This document shows, one piece after another, positions 48,356 through 57,258 of a DNA stretch of 64,000 bases. A program made the translations under genes and the position numbers. The stretch covers positions 2,144,001 to 2,208,000 of the forward strand of contig CAVXXK010000001.1 of assembly GCA_963765675.1 (NCBI GenBank). Reading direction: 5' to 3'. Numbering within the stretch: the stretch's first letter is position 1; each line of letters opens with the position of its first letter. Source of the stretch: an uncultured delta proteobacterium (lineage in GTDB: Bacteria; Desulfobacterota; Binatia; Binatales; Binataceae). The notes under the pieces are model-generated. The model searched no databases. It saw only the letters and a program-made list of their open reading frames with translations, and was not told the origin of the DNA.

Positions 48356-48436
48356 GATACCCTCTCCACCGGGAGAGGGCGGCGCGGCGCGACGCTTGCG
48401 ATTTTTTCCGCAAGCATCGTGATGCGCGGGCGAGGG
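48356..48436. repeat. copy of the 32975-33055 palindromic repeat
   Basis: GATACCCTCTCCACCGGGAGAGGG..GCTTGCG..CGCAAGCATCGTGA..GGGCGAGGG. Confidence 0.8.
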
Positions 48437-48471
48437 TGCTGCTCTGCGAGGAACCGACAGAGGGTGAGCGA

Positions 48472-49251
48472 TCAGATCGGTGGGTCTTCCGGCCGTCCGG
48501 GCGTGACGATTACTCGCTCGATTCGCACTGGCTCGCCGGGAAGGCATTCCACCCACGCAGCCCATCCGCAGTGATCGCCCGAGTAGAGCGGCGCAGGCGT
48601 GCCGCAATAGAACGCGCGCGTCGCGCCGTGCGAGACATCTCCCCAGACGTGAACATGTCCGAGCGCGATATAGTCATACCCCGACGCCGCAATCTCTTCG
48701 CCTGTGATTGGCGACGAGCGGTAACTGTCGCCGTCTTCCATGTAGAATCCGTGCGCGAGCGCGATATTCCACAAATCGGGATTCGACGCAGGAATGCCCG
48801 CGAGCGGCCGATACTCCGGCGTGTGCTCGACCAGCGCTCGCCCCCATAGCCGCGCCGCAAGCTCGGGAATCTCGATCGTGCGGCCTTCGGGCTCGAGGAT
48901 CAGATGCAGATTCGGCGGCAGCGCCGACGGCGCCAGTCCCGCGTATATCGATCGCTCATCGTGCGCGTCGTGATTGCCCGGAATCATCACCACCGGCATC
49001 CGCGCGCGTCCGATCGTTCCCAGTGCGAACGCAAGACCCGCCTCGCTGACGCGGGCCGAGTCGAACAAATCGCCGACGATCAGCAGCAAATCGGCCGAGC
49101 GCTCGTTGGCAAGATCGATCACTCGCGAGAACGCGCCGCGCACGCGGTCGCGCAACTCCTCGCCGCGCGGCCCCGCGCCGAAAGTGTCGGTCTCGAGATG
49201 CACATCTGACGTATGGAGCATCCGAAGCGAGCGATTGGTGCGATTGGTCAC
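48472..49251 (-). CDS. Mre11/SbcD-like metallophosphoesterase
   Basis: HTSDVHL, VGDLFD, PGNHD, AHG and DYIALGHVH. Confidence 0.85.
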   Translation of the reverse strand: MTNRTNRSLRMLHTSDVHLETDTFGAGPRGEELRDRVRGAFSRVIDLANERSADLLLIVGDLFDSARVSEAGLAFALGTIGRARMPVVMIPGNHDAHDERSIYAGLAPSALPPNLHLILEPEGRTIEIPELAARLWGRALVEHTPEYRPLAGIPASNPDLWNIALAHGFYMEDGDSYRSSPITGEEIAASGYDYIALGHVHVWGDVSHGATRAFYCGTPAPLYSGDHCGWAAWVECLPGEPVRIERVIVTPGRPEDPPI

Positions 49252-49371
49252 GAGGTATGGGCGGCGCGGGTTCCAGCAATTCCGCGTGTGCTATACACTT
49301 TAGATACTAGACTTCCGCCGCGCATTCCATCGCTTTCATGATGCGCGCGCGGCCGTGAGCCGGGGAATCAT

Positions 49372-50388
49372 TTGATCGTCGTACTCAAATCGAAGGTTAC
49401 TGAAGAGCAGATCGGCACGATCGTGAAGATGGTCGAAGAACTCGACTATCGCGCGCATATTATCCGCGGCGTCGAGCGCACCGTTGTCGCCTGCGTCGGC
49501 GAAGAGCGCGGCGAGCATCAGCTCGAGCATCTCGAGGCGCTTAGCTACGTCGAGCGCGTGATGCCGGTGCTGCGATCGTTCAAGCTCGCGGCGCGCGAGG
49601 TTCGTCCCGAAGGCTCCATCATCGATGTTGGCGGCGTAAAGATCGGCGGCAACAAGCTCGTGATCATGGCGGGACCCTGCGCGGTCGAGAGCTTCGAGCA
49701 GGTCGAGGCTGCTGCCGACGCGGTCAAGGCGGGAGGAGCACATCTGCTGCGCGGCGGCGCGTTCAAGCCGCGCACTTCTCCCTACGCTTTTCAGGGCATG
49801 GAGGGCGAGGGGCTCACCCTGCTCGAAAACGCGGGCAAACGGGTCGGGCTGCCGGTCGTCACCGAGATAATGGATCCGCACGATATCGATCTGTTCGTCG
49901 AACACGCCGATATGCTGCAAGTCGGCGCGCGCAACGCGCAAAATTTTTCGCTGCTCCGACGCCTGGGGCGAACCAAAAAACCGATCCTGCTGAAACGCGG
50001 GATGTCCACGCGGCTCGAGGAATTCCTGATGGCGGCGGAGTACATCCTGTCCGAAGGAAATCCCAACGTCGTGCTGTGCGAACGCGGAATCCGCACCTTC
50101 GAGACCGCGACTCGCAACACCCTCGATCTGACCGCGGTGCCGCTGCTCAAGGAATGGACCCATCTGCCAGTGATCGTCGATCCCAGCCACGGCACCGGCA
50201 TCTGGTCGCTGGTCGCGCCGATGGCGCTGGCGTCGATCGCGGCGGGTGCCGACGGGTTGCTGATCGAGGTGCACCCGAATCCTTCGGTCGCCCGCTCCGA
50301 CGGCCCGCAGCAGCTCAAGCCCGAGCGCTTCGCCGATCTCGTCCGGGCGGCAAAACCCGTCGCCGCCGCGGTCGGGCGCTCGCTATGA
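49372..50388 (+). CDS. aroF: 3-deoxy-7-phosphoheptulonate synthase (type I-beta, N-terminal regulatory domain)
   Basis: AGPCAVES, RGGAFKPRTSPY, QVGARN, CERGIRTFE and DPSHGTG. Confidence 0.95.
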   Translation: MIVVLKSKVTEEQIGTIVKMVEELDYRAHIIRGVERTVVACVGEERGEHQLEHLEALSYVERVMPVLRSFKLAAREVRPEGSIIDVGGVKIGGNKLVIMAGPCAVESFEQVEAAADAVKAGGAHLLRGGAFKPRTSPYAFQGMEGEGLTLLENAGKRVGLPVVTEIMDPHDIDLFVEHADMLQVGARNAQNFSLLRRLGRTKKPILLKRGMSTRLEEFLMAAEYILSEGNPNVVLCERGIRTFETATRNTLDLTAVPLLKEWTHLPVIVDPSHGTGIWSLVAPMALASIAAGADGLLIEVHPNPSVARSDGPQQLKPERFADLVRAAKPVAAAVGRSL

Positions 50389-50445
50389 CGATTCGACTAG
50401 CGCGTGCGTATCGCTTAGCCTTGCGTTGAACGGAGGAACGTATCG

Positions 50446-51063
50446 GTGGAAAATCCGGATCCGCATCGCATCTCGACCGAGGAACAACTGGACAAGCTGC
50501 TCGGCGCACCAAATCCGATGACGCGCAGGAAGCTGCTCACCGCGCTCGACGAGATCGCGGTTGGCTTTATCAAGCGCTCGCCGCTGCTCGTGATCGGTAC
50601 CGCCGACGCGGACGGCAACCAGGACGTATCTCCCAAAGGCGATCATCCCGGATTCGTCGAGGTCGTGGATCGAAATACGCTGCTGATCCCCGAACGCAAA
50701 GGCAACAAGCTCAAGTTTGGTTTTCGTAACATCCTTGCCAATCCGCACATCGGACTGATTTTCCTGGTTCCCAACACCGACGAGACCCTGCGCGTCAATG
50801 GCACTGCCGAGCTGACCGCCGATCCCGCGCTGCTCGCGACTCTCGCCGCGCGCGGCGCGCCCGCATTGCTCGCGATGCGGGTTAGCGTCCGCGAATGCTT
50901 CTTCCACTGCGGCAAGGCGCTCATCCGCTCCGCGCTGTGGCAGCCGGAAACCTGGGCGGCTCACGCCAGAATATCGTTCGGGAAGCAGCTTGGCGGCGGC
51001 GCCGAGGACCTCGCGCGCAAGATCGATCAGGCCATCGAGCAGGATTACAAAAATAATCTATAG
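50446..51063 (+). CDS. pyridoxamine 5'-phosphate oxidase-like FMN-binding protein (MSMEG_1061 family)
   Basis: DVSPKGD.PGFV, IPERKGN, ETLRVNG and FHCGKALIRS.LW. Confidence 0.9.
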   Translation: MENPDPHRISTEEQLDKLLGAPNPMTRRKLLTALDEIAVGFIKRSPLLVIGTADADGNQDVSPKGDHPGFVEVVDRNTLLIPERKGNKLKFGFRNILANPHIGLIFLVPNTDETLRVNGTAELTADPALLATLAARGAPALLAMRVSVRECFFHCGKALIRSALWQPETWAAHARISFGKQLGGGAEDLARKIDQAIEQDYKNNL

Positions 51064-51070
51064 GTGATGC

Positions 51071-52003
51071 GTGGCAGCGCCGGCCAACCTTGTGAAGCCT
51101 CCCGCACTGCGCCTCGGCGATACCGTTGGCGTGGTCGCGCCGGCGGCGGCGATCGATCGCGAATATCTGGAGCGCGGGGTCGGCGCGCTCGCGGCGATGG
51201 GCTTTCGGGTCAAGGTTTCGGCGCGCGCGCTGGCGCGTTCGGGAATCCTGGCCGGTGACGATCGCGAGCGCGCCGCCGAGCTGCAGGATTATTTCGCCGA
51301 CGATTCGGTGCGCGCGATCTTCGCCGCTCGCGGCGGCTACGGATGCGGCCGTCTCCTTCCGCTGCTCGACTTCGCGCGAATCGCGCGTGCCCCCAAGCCC
51401 TTCATAGGGTTCTCCGATGAGACATTTATTCTCAATCCTCTGGTGACCCGCGCCGGTATCGTCGCGATTCACGGACCGATGGTCGCGATGGACTTCGCGC
51501 GCGGACTGACCACGCGCAGCTTCGAGCATCTGCGCCGGATGCTCACAGGCGACCTCGGAGCGTTCGATCTCGAAGCGCGCGAGAGCGTGCACCCGGGCGT
51601 CGCCGAGGGCGAGTTGATCGGAGGATGCCTGTCGGTGGTGGTCGCGATGCTGGCGACGCCGTTCGCGCCGGACTTTCGCGGCAAGATTCTTTTTCTGGAA
51701 GATACCGGCGAGCGTGCCTATCGGATCGATCGGATGCTGGTGCAGCTTCGGCAGGCGGGCGTCTTCACCGCGGCGGCAGGAATTGTTTTCGGCGCGATTC
51801 GTCCGGTTGAAGGCAACGCCGACGAAGCCAGGCTGATCGCGCGGTTTATCGCCGAGCAGACCGCCGGTTTCGGAATTCCAGTGATCGCAGGAATCGAGGC
51901 GGGCCACGGCACCGAGAATCTTGCGCTCCCGTTCGGGGTGCGCGCGCGGCTCGACGCGGGCACGAAGACGCTTCAAGTCCTCGAGCCGGCGGTCATCGCG
52001 TGA
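51071..52003 (+). CDS. ldcA: LD-carboxypeptidase (peptidase S66)
   Basis: GDTVGVVAPA, ARGGYG, GFSD, HGPM, GG.L, LFLED and GH. Confidence 0.92.
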   Translation: MAAPANLVKPPALRLGDTVGVVAPAAAIDREYLERGVGALAAMGFRVKVSARALARSGILAGDDRERAAELQDYFADDSVRAIFAARGGYGCGRLLPLLDFARIARAPKPFIGFSDETFILNPLVTRAGIVAIHGPMVAMDFARGLTTRSFEHLRRMLTGDLGAFDLEARESVHPGVAEGELIGGCLSVVVAMLATPFAPDFRGKILFLEDTGERAYRIDRMLVQLRQAGVFTAAAGIVFGAIRPVEGNADEARLIARFIAEQTAGFGIPVIAGIEAGHGTENLALPFGVRARLDAGTKTLQVLEPAVIA

Positions 52004-52135
52004 ACCGCGCTGAAAATTAAATCTGCCGACGTCTGCGCGCATGGTTGCAGCGCGCGACATATTCGCCGCATATTTGGACTTACATCGATTTTTATCGAGC
52101 GATAGCTGATCGCGCGCATAGACAGCGGGTGTTTC

Positions 52136-53266
52136 GTGGGCTGGAGAGAGGTTGAAAGAGCGTTCGAAGATGCGGTCGAGCGGAGTGCGATCCCCGGAGC
52201 GACGGTCGTGGTCCGCGTCGGAGCTCAGGTCGCCTTCGAAGGTGCGTTTGGATTTCGCTCGATCGTGCCCGAACGCACGCCGATGAAGATCGATACGGTC
52301 TTCGATTTGTCGTCGCTGACCAAGGCGCTCGCGACGACGGTCGCGGTCATGCTCCTCACGCGCGACGGCAAGCTTCGGCTCGACGATCGCGTGACGCGGT
52401 TCTTCCACAATTTCGGCGTGCACGGAAAAACCGGCGTCACCTTTCGCCATCTGCTCGCGCACTGCTCGGGCCTGGCGCCGTGGCGGCCGTTCTACGAGCG
52501 GGTCGCAGAAGTCGAGCGTTCGGGCAAGGTGAATTTCATGGCGAGCTACGGCGCCAAGGAATTTGTGTGCGAGGAGATTCATCGCGAGAAGCCCGAGGCC
52601 ACGCCCGCGACCAAGGCTATCTATTCGGACCTGAATTTTATCGTGCTCGGCGAAACCGTCGAGAAAGTCTCGGGCGTCGCGCTCAACCGCTTCAGCCGCG
52701 ACAAAATTTTCCGGCCGCTCGGGCTGCGCGCGACTGACTTTATCGATATCGCGCTGGTGCGCTCGCGCCGTCTCGAGCCGGTCGCCGACATGTTCGCGCC
52801 GACGGAGGTGTGCCCCTCGCGCAAGCGGCTGCTGGTCGGCGAAGTGGACGACGAAAACGCGTACGCGATGGGCGGAGTGTCGGGACATGCGGGGTTGTTC
52901 GCGCCGGTTCGCGAGGTCGATCGGATCGCGCGCGAGCTTATCGCCTGCTGGGCCGGGCGCTCGGATTTTGTTCCGAAGAAAATCCTCCGCGAGTTTTGGG
53001 CGCGCGATAAAACCGTTCCCGAATCGACCTGGGCGCTCGGATGGGACATGCCGTCGCCGCAGGGTTCGAGCTCGGGCCGCCATTTCTCGCCCGACGCGAT
53101 CGGGCATCTGGGCTTCACCGGCACTTCGATCTGGATCGAGCCGGCGCGCGAGATCGCGATTTCAATCATGACCAATCGGGTGCATCCGCGCCGCGACAAC
53201 CAGGCGATTCGCGAGTTCCGCCCGCGAATCCACGATCTGATCATGGAAGCGATCGACGGTGAATGA
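52136..53266 (+). CDS. beta-lactamase-fold serine hydrolase (AmiE-like)
   Basis: FDLSSLTK (SxxK), YSD, GEVDDENA..GG..GHAGLF, GHLGFTGT and TNRVHP. Confidence 0.88.
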   Translation: MGWREVERAFEDAVERSAIPGATVVVRVGAQVAFEGAFGFRSIVPERTPMKIDTVFDLSSLTKALATTVAVMLLTRDGKLRLDDRVTRFFHNFGVHGKTGVTFRHLLAHCSGLAPWRPFYERVAEVERSGKVNFMASYGAKEFVCEEIHREKPEATPATKAIYSDLNFIVLGETVEKVSGVALNRFSRDKIFRPLGLRATDFIDIALVRSRRLEPVADMFAPTEVCPSRKRLLVGEVDDENAYAMGGVSGHAGLFAPVREVDRIARELIACWAGRSDFVPKKILREFWARDKTVPESTWALGWDMPSPQGSSSGRHFSPDAIGHLGFTGTSIWIEPAREIAISIMTNRVHPRRDNQAIREFRPRIHDLIMEAIDGE

Positions 53267-54713
53267 AACAGAAAGCGCCGCGCGCCTTGCGCGAGTTCCC
53301 GCTCGCGTCCATCACGTGCATCTGATCGGCGTGGCAGGCACCGCGATGGCCGCGCTGGCGGGGATGCTGGCGGAGCGCGGTTATCGGGTCAGCGGCTCCG
53401 ACAATCAATTTTATGAGCCGACGGCCTCGCTGCTCGCGAAGCTGAAGGTCGAGCGGCGGACGGGTTTTTCGGCGGCAAATCTCTCGCCCGCGCCCGACTT
53501 GGCGATCGTCGGCAACGTCATCGTCCGCGACAATCCGGAGGCGCAGGCGCTGCTTGCGTCGGAGATTCCGTACCTCTCGATGCCTGAGGCGCTGTGGCAT
53601 TTCTTTCTGCGCGAGCGGCGTGTGCTGATGGTAGCCGGAACGCACGGGAAGACCACTTCGACCGCGATGATGGCGCAAATTCTCGCGGCGGCGGGGCACG
53701 ATCCCTCGATGCTGGTGGGTGGAGTCGCGAAGGACTTTGGCTCGAACTACAGGCTCGGCGCGGGCGGCGATTTCGTGATCGAAGGTGACGAGTACGACAC
53801 TGCATTTTTCGACAAGGGGCCCAAGTTTCTGCACTACCGCGCGCACGGCGCGATTATCACGGCGGTCGAGTTCGATCATGCCGATATCTACCGCGACCTC
53901 GAGCACGTCAAGTCGAGCTTCCGCGCGCTGGTCGATTCGATGGACGCGTCGCACGTGCTCGCGGTCTGCGCGGATTTTCCGCACGCACTCGAAGTCAGCA
54001 AGGGCGCGCGCGCGCGGGTCAGCACGTTCGGCCTGCGCGCGGGCGACTGGCGCGCAGCCGCGATTCGAATCGGCGCGGACGGCGCGCATTTCACGGTCGA
54101 GCATCGCGGCGCGCGCCTCGCGCCGGAGATTTTTCTGCCGATCGGCGGACGGATGAACGTCGCCAACGCGCTGGGAGTACTCGTGTTGCTCCGCGAATGC
54201 GGATTCGGCGCAGAGGAGATCGCGCGGGGCATCGCGTCGTTCACCGGCGTGGTCCGCCGCCAGGAAATTATCGGTGAGGCTGCGGGCGTGACCGTCGTGG
54301 ACGATTTCGCGCATCATCCGACTGCGATTGGAGTAACTCTCGAAGCGATCGCCGAGCGCTTCGCGGGCCGCAGGATCCTGGCAGCGTTCGAGCCGCGCTC
54401 GAACACCGCGCGCCGCAATGTATTTCAGGATTCGTTCGCGGCGGCATTCGACCGCGCCGCGCGCGTTTATCTTGGCCCCGTCTATTTCAAGGCGAACGAT
54501 CCGATTCCAGCCGCCGAGCGTCTCGCTACCGACACTCTCGTCACGGCGATATCAGCGCGCGGTCCGCAGGCATTCGCCTGCGCATCAAACGACGAAATCC
54601 TCGAGCGGATGCTCTCTGACGCCCGGGCGGGCGACATAGCCTTGTTCATGTCCAACGGCCCTTTCGACGGACTGAAAGACCGCTTCCTCGCCGCCCTGCG
54701 CGCGCGCGAGTGA
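53259..54713 (+). CDS. mpl: murein tripeptide ligase Mpl (MurC-like)
   Basis: GVAGTAM, GTHGKTT, EGDEYDTAFFDK.PKF.HY, DDFAHHPT, FEPRSNT and MSNG. Confidence 0.9.
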   Translation: MNETESAARLARVPARVHHVHLIGVAGTAMAALAGMLAERGYRVSGSDNQFYEPTASLLAKLKVERRTGFSAANLSPAPDLAIVGNVIVRDNPEAQALLASEIPYLSMPEALWHFFLRERRVLMVAGTHGKTTSTAMMAQILAAAGHDPSMLVGGVAKDFGSNYRLGAGGDFVIEGDEYDTAFFDKGPKFLHYRAHGAIITAVEFDHADIYRDLEHVKSSFRALVDSMDASHVLAVCADFPHALEVSKGARARVSTFGLRAGDWRAAAIRIGADGAHFTVEHRGARLAPEIFLPIGGRMNVANALGVLVLLRECGFGAEEIARGIASFTGVVRRQEIIGEAAGVTVVDDFAHHPTAIGVTLEAIAERFAGRRILAAFEPRSNTARRNVFQDSFAAAFDRAARVYLGPVYFKANDPIPAAERLATDTLVTAISARGPQAFACASNDEILERMLSDARAGDIALFMSNGPFDGLKDRFLAALRARE

Positions 54714-54759
54714 TGCTGCCTGATGGACTCCTCTCCCGCCGTTTCAGGCTCTGAGTTTT

Positions 54760-55138
54760 GTGTCCGTCATCCTGCCATGAAAGCGTCTGTGGTAGGCGAT
54801 GAGTACGGTAGCCTCAGCCGAGACCCCCATCGTCATTTCGACCGAAGGGAGAAATCCCGAGGCGCCCATGCTCGCGCCAACACCACATGCAGAGGTCCTT
54901 CGCTCGGGATTCCTCGCGCGGCAGCCACGCGCGGGAATGACAACCGCACCTTTCTTCGTAGGGGCGGCTCGCGAGCCGCCCGTCTTTCGCGCAGCCTGTC
55001 GCTACACGCAAACTTTCATCTCGCGTGGCGGGTCCATCGGACCCGTGAAGGATCTCCTCAAAGCGATTAGTGTGGAAATCCCAAGTTGGTTGCACTAATC
55101 GCTTCGCGGAGATCCTTCGCCTACGGCTCAGGATGACA
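54760..55138. repeat. composite REP unit, direct copy of 20060-20380, plus an extra hairpin arm
   Basis: Same CGTC and GTAG modules in the same order; extra GAGATCCTTCGCCTACGGCTCAGGATGACA at the 3' end. Confidence 0.88.
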
Positions 55139-55163
55139 ACAGCGGAAGGCCAATGGGCGAATC

Positions 55164-56168
55164 CTAGTAGCCGTGTGCGGGGTCTACTTGATTCAGTAGC
55201 GGGGTGCCGGATTGGAAGCGGCGGAGGTTTTCGGCGAATAGTTCGCTTGCCAGTTCCATGTAGCCGCGAAAATCGCCGGAGACGTGAGGCGTCAGGATCG
55301 CCTGCTCGATGTCCCAAAGGGGACTCTCTGCCGGCAGCGGCTCGCGCTCGAACACGTCCAGGCCGGCGCCGCCGATTTTCCCGGCGCTCAGCGCCGCGGC
55401 GAGTGCGGCTTCATCGACGACCGCGCCGCGTCCGATATTGACGAAATATGCGCCGGGCTTTATCGCCGCGATCTCTTTCGCGCCGACAAATTTTCGCGTC
55501 GCATCGGTCAGCGGCAGCGTCACACTGATGTAGTCAGATTCGCCAAGCAGTTCCGCGCACGCTTCGGAGCCGAACCATCGCGCGGGAATCTTTCCGTCCG
55601 GGTCGCCGAGCCCGCGCGGAGTCCATCCGGTCTCGCGCCGCTCAGACGGATTGCGCTTGAGCGCGAGAATTCTCATCCCAAACGCATCGGCGAGCCGCGC
55701 GGTCTCGCGCCCGATCGATCCATAGCCGACGATGCCGAGCGTCTTGCCGCGAATCACGTCGAGGCTGGAGATAACCGTGCGCCGCGACCATTCGTGGCGC
55801 TCCTGCGCGCGGATGGTGACATGCAGGCGCCGTGCGTACGCAAGCATCGAGGCAATCGTGTACTCCGCGATCGGAGTCGCGTGGACGCCGCTGGCGGTGG
55901 TGATCGGAATCTTCGCCGATTTCATCGGTCCGCCGAGGGCGTGATCGGCGCCGGCGCTGAGCAGTTGCACCCACTTGAGTCCCCGCGCACGCTCGAGGAT
56001 GTCGCTCGGCATCCGGAACGAGAGCAGCACGTCGCATCCGCCGGAAACCAGCTCCGAGATTTCCTCCGGCGACTTGCACGGACGGTCAACCAGTTTCGCG
56101 CCGGGCGCGGCCGCAAGAATCGTGGCGCGCTGCGGTTCCTCGAGGGCGACGGTCGAAATGATCTTCAT
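55164..56168 (-). CDS. D-2-hydroxyacid dehydrogenase
   Basis: SAGADH, IAEY, GYGSIG, PLT..T, NIGRG, LDVF..EPLP and TPHVSG. Confidence 0.93.
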   Translation of the reverse strand: MKIISTVALEEPQRATILAAAPGAKLVDRPCKSPEEISELVSGGCDVLLSFRMPSDILERARGLKWVQLLSAGADHALGGPMKSAKIPITTASGVHATPIAEYTIASMLAYARRLHVTIRAQERHEWSRRTVISSLDVIRGKTLGIVGYGSIGRETARLADAFGMRILALKRNPSERRETGWTPRGLGDPDGKIPARWFGSEACAELLGESDYISVTLPLTDATRKFVGAKEIAAIKPGAYFVNIGRGAVVDEAALAAALSAGKIGGAGLDVFEREPLPAESPLWDIEQAILTPHVSGDFRGYMELASELFAENLRRFQSGTPLLNQVDPAHGY

Positions 56169-56305
56169 GATTGGCAAAACCCGGATGGGTGATGAGACCC
56201 AAATTTCGCACGCTGCGCCGGGCGCATCAAGCGCTATCTGACGCTGCTTGAGAAGCGCCGATCGGCGGCCTATGATCGGTTGGCCGGGCCAATCGGCCGG
56301 TAACC

Positions 56306-57118
56306 ATGAGCAGGCTTCGCAATCTCGCGCTGGGTGCATTCGCCGTCACGATCGCGGCGGTCGTGGGAATCGCCGCTGCGCAAACCTCCGCGCCGCCATC
56401 CGATCCGCAGATGCAGGAGGGAGCGGGCGCGCAGCCTCCGGGAATCAACTCACAGGAGAGTAACCCGGATACGACGCTTGAAATCGCGCCGCAGCCGGGA
56501 GTCACCGCACCTAAGACCGGTGTGGACGAAATTCCCGGCGGCGACAGCTTCAGGCCCGGCGAGAATACGGACTCGGTCAATCCCAATTATCGGCCGGGGA
56601 CCGAGAACGGCGATTCCAATTCCAGCAACGGCAATAATCCCAGCAGCCTCGCGCGCCACGGCCGGCCCTATCTCGGCATCACGGTCGCAGAGACCGACAA
56701 GTGCTTCAAGGGAAAAGAGGAGCACGGACTCGAGGTCCTCACCGTTGATCCGAACAGCCCCGCGGCTGCCGCCGGAGTAAAGGGCAGCACCGGCGCAAAT
56801 GCGATCGGCGCGACGGCGTCGACGCTCGGCGCTCTGATTCCTTTTGCAGGAACGGTCATCGCCTCGCAGCTCGAGAAGCACGGCGACCTGGGGATGTCGG
56901 GCGATTTGATCGTCGCGATCGACGATCAGCGCGTGCGCACTCAGCAGGACCTCGACGACGCGATGGCGCGGCTCAAGCCTGGTGACACGATGTACCTGAC
57001 CGTTATCCGCCCTGGACCTGATAGAAGTCATACGACGCAAAAGATCGCCGTGCATGTCGGACAGGTAGGGCAGGTGGGACAGCCGGTCGCTAATGCTGGT
57101 CCGCCGCTGACGGAGTAG
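56306..57118 (+). CDS. exported PDZ-domain protein without a protease domain
   Basis: Signal peptide, low-complexity linker, RPYLGI, SPAAAAG, GDLIVAID and KPGD..LTVIR. Confidence 0.8.
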   Translation: MSRLRNLALGAFAVTIAAVVGIAAAQTSAPPSDPQMQEGAGAQPPGINSQESNPDTTLEIAPQPGVTAPKTGVDEIPGGDSFRPGENTDSVNPNYRPGTENGDSNSSNGNNPSSLARHGRPYLGITVAETDKCFKGKEEHGLEVLTVDPNSPAAAAGVKGSTGANAIGATASTLGALIPFAGTVIASQLEKHGDLGMSGDLIVAIDDQRVRTQQDLDDAMARLKPGDTMYLTVIRPGPDRSHTTQKIAVHVGQVGQVGQPVANAGPPLTE

Positions 57119-57258
57119 CGCCTGCCATCGTCCGAGGATTGCGGCGGCCTGAATCCTTCGCGCTCGAATCTCTGATATACTCCTCCAGATGCCGCCCGCG
57201 TGGAGCCTTTCGTCCGCCGCGGGTAGGCGGAGTTGCGTTTTGCGCAGGCGATAAAATC

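Noticed and set aside
48472-49251. SbcCD or anti-phage nuclease system
   Set aside because: No SMC/ATPase partner or other defence genes adjacent; treated as a stand-alone metallophosphoesterase.
50921-53107. 728-aa minus-strand ORF (likewise 57971-60220, 37006-38484, 40039-41466)
   Set aside because: Antisense to well-supported genes; Arg-rich with no domain signature.
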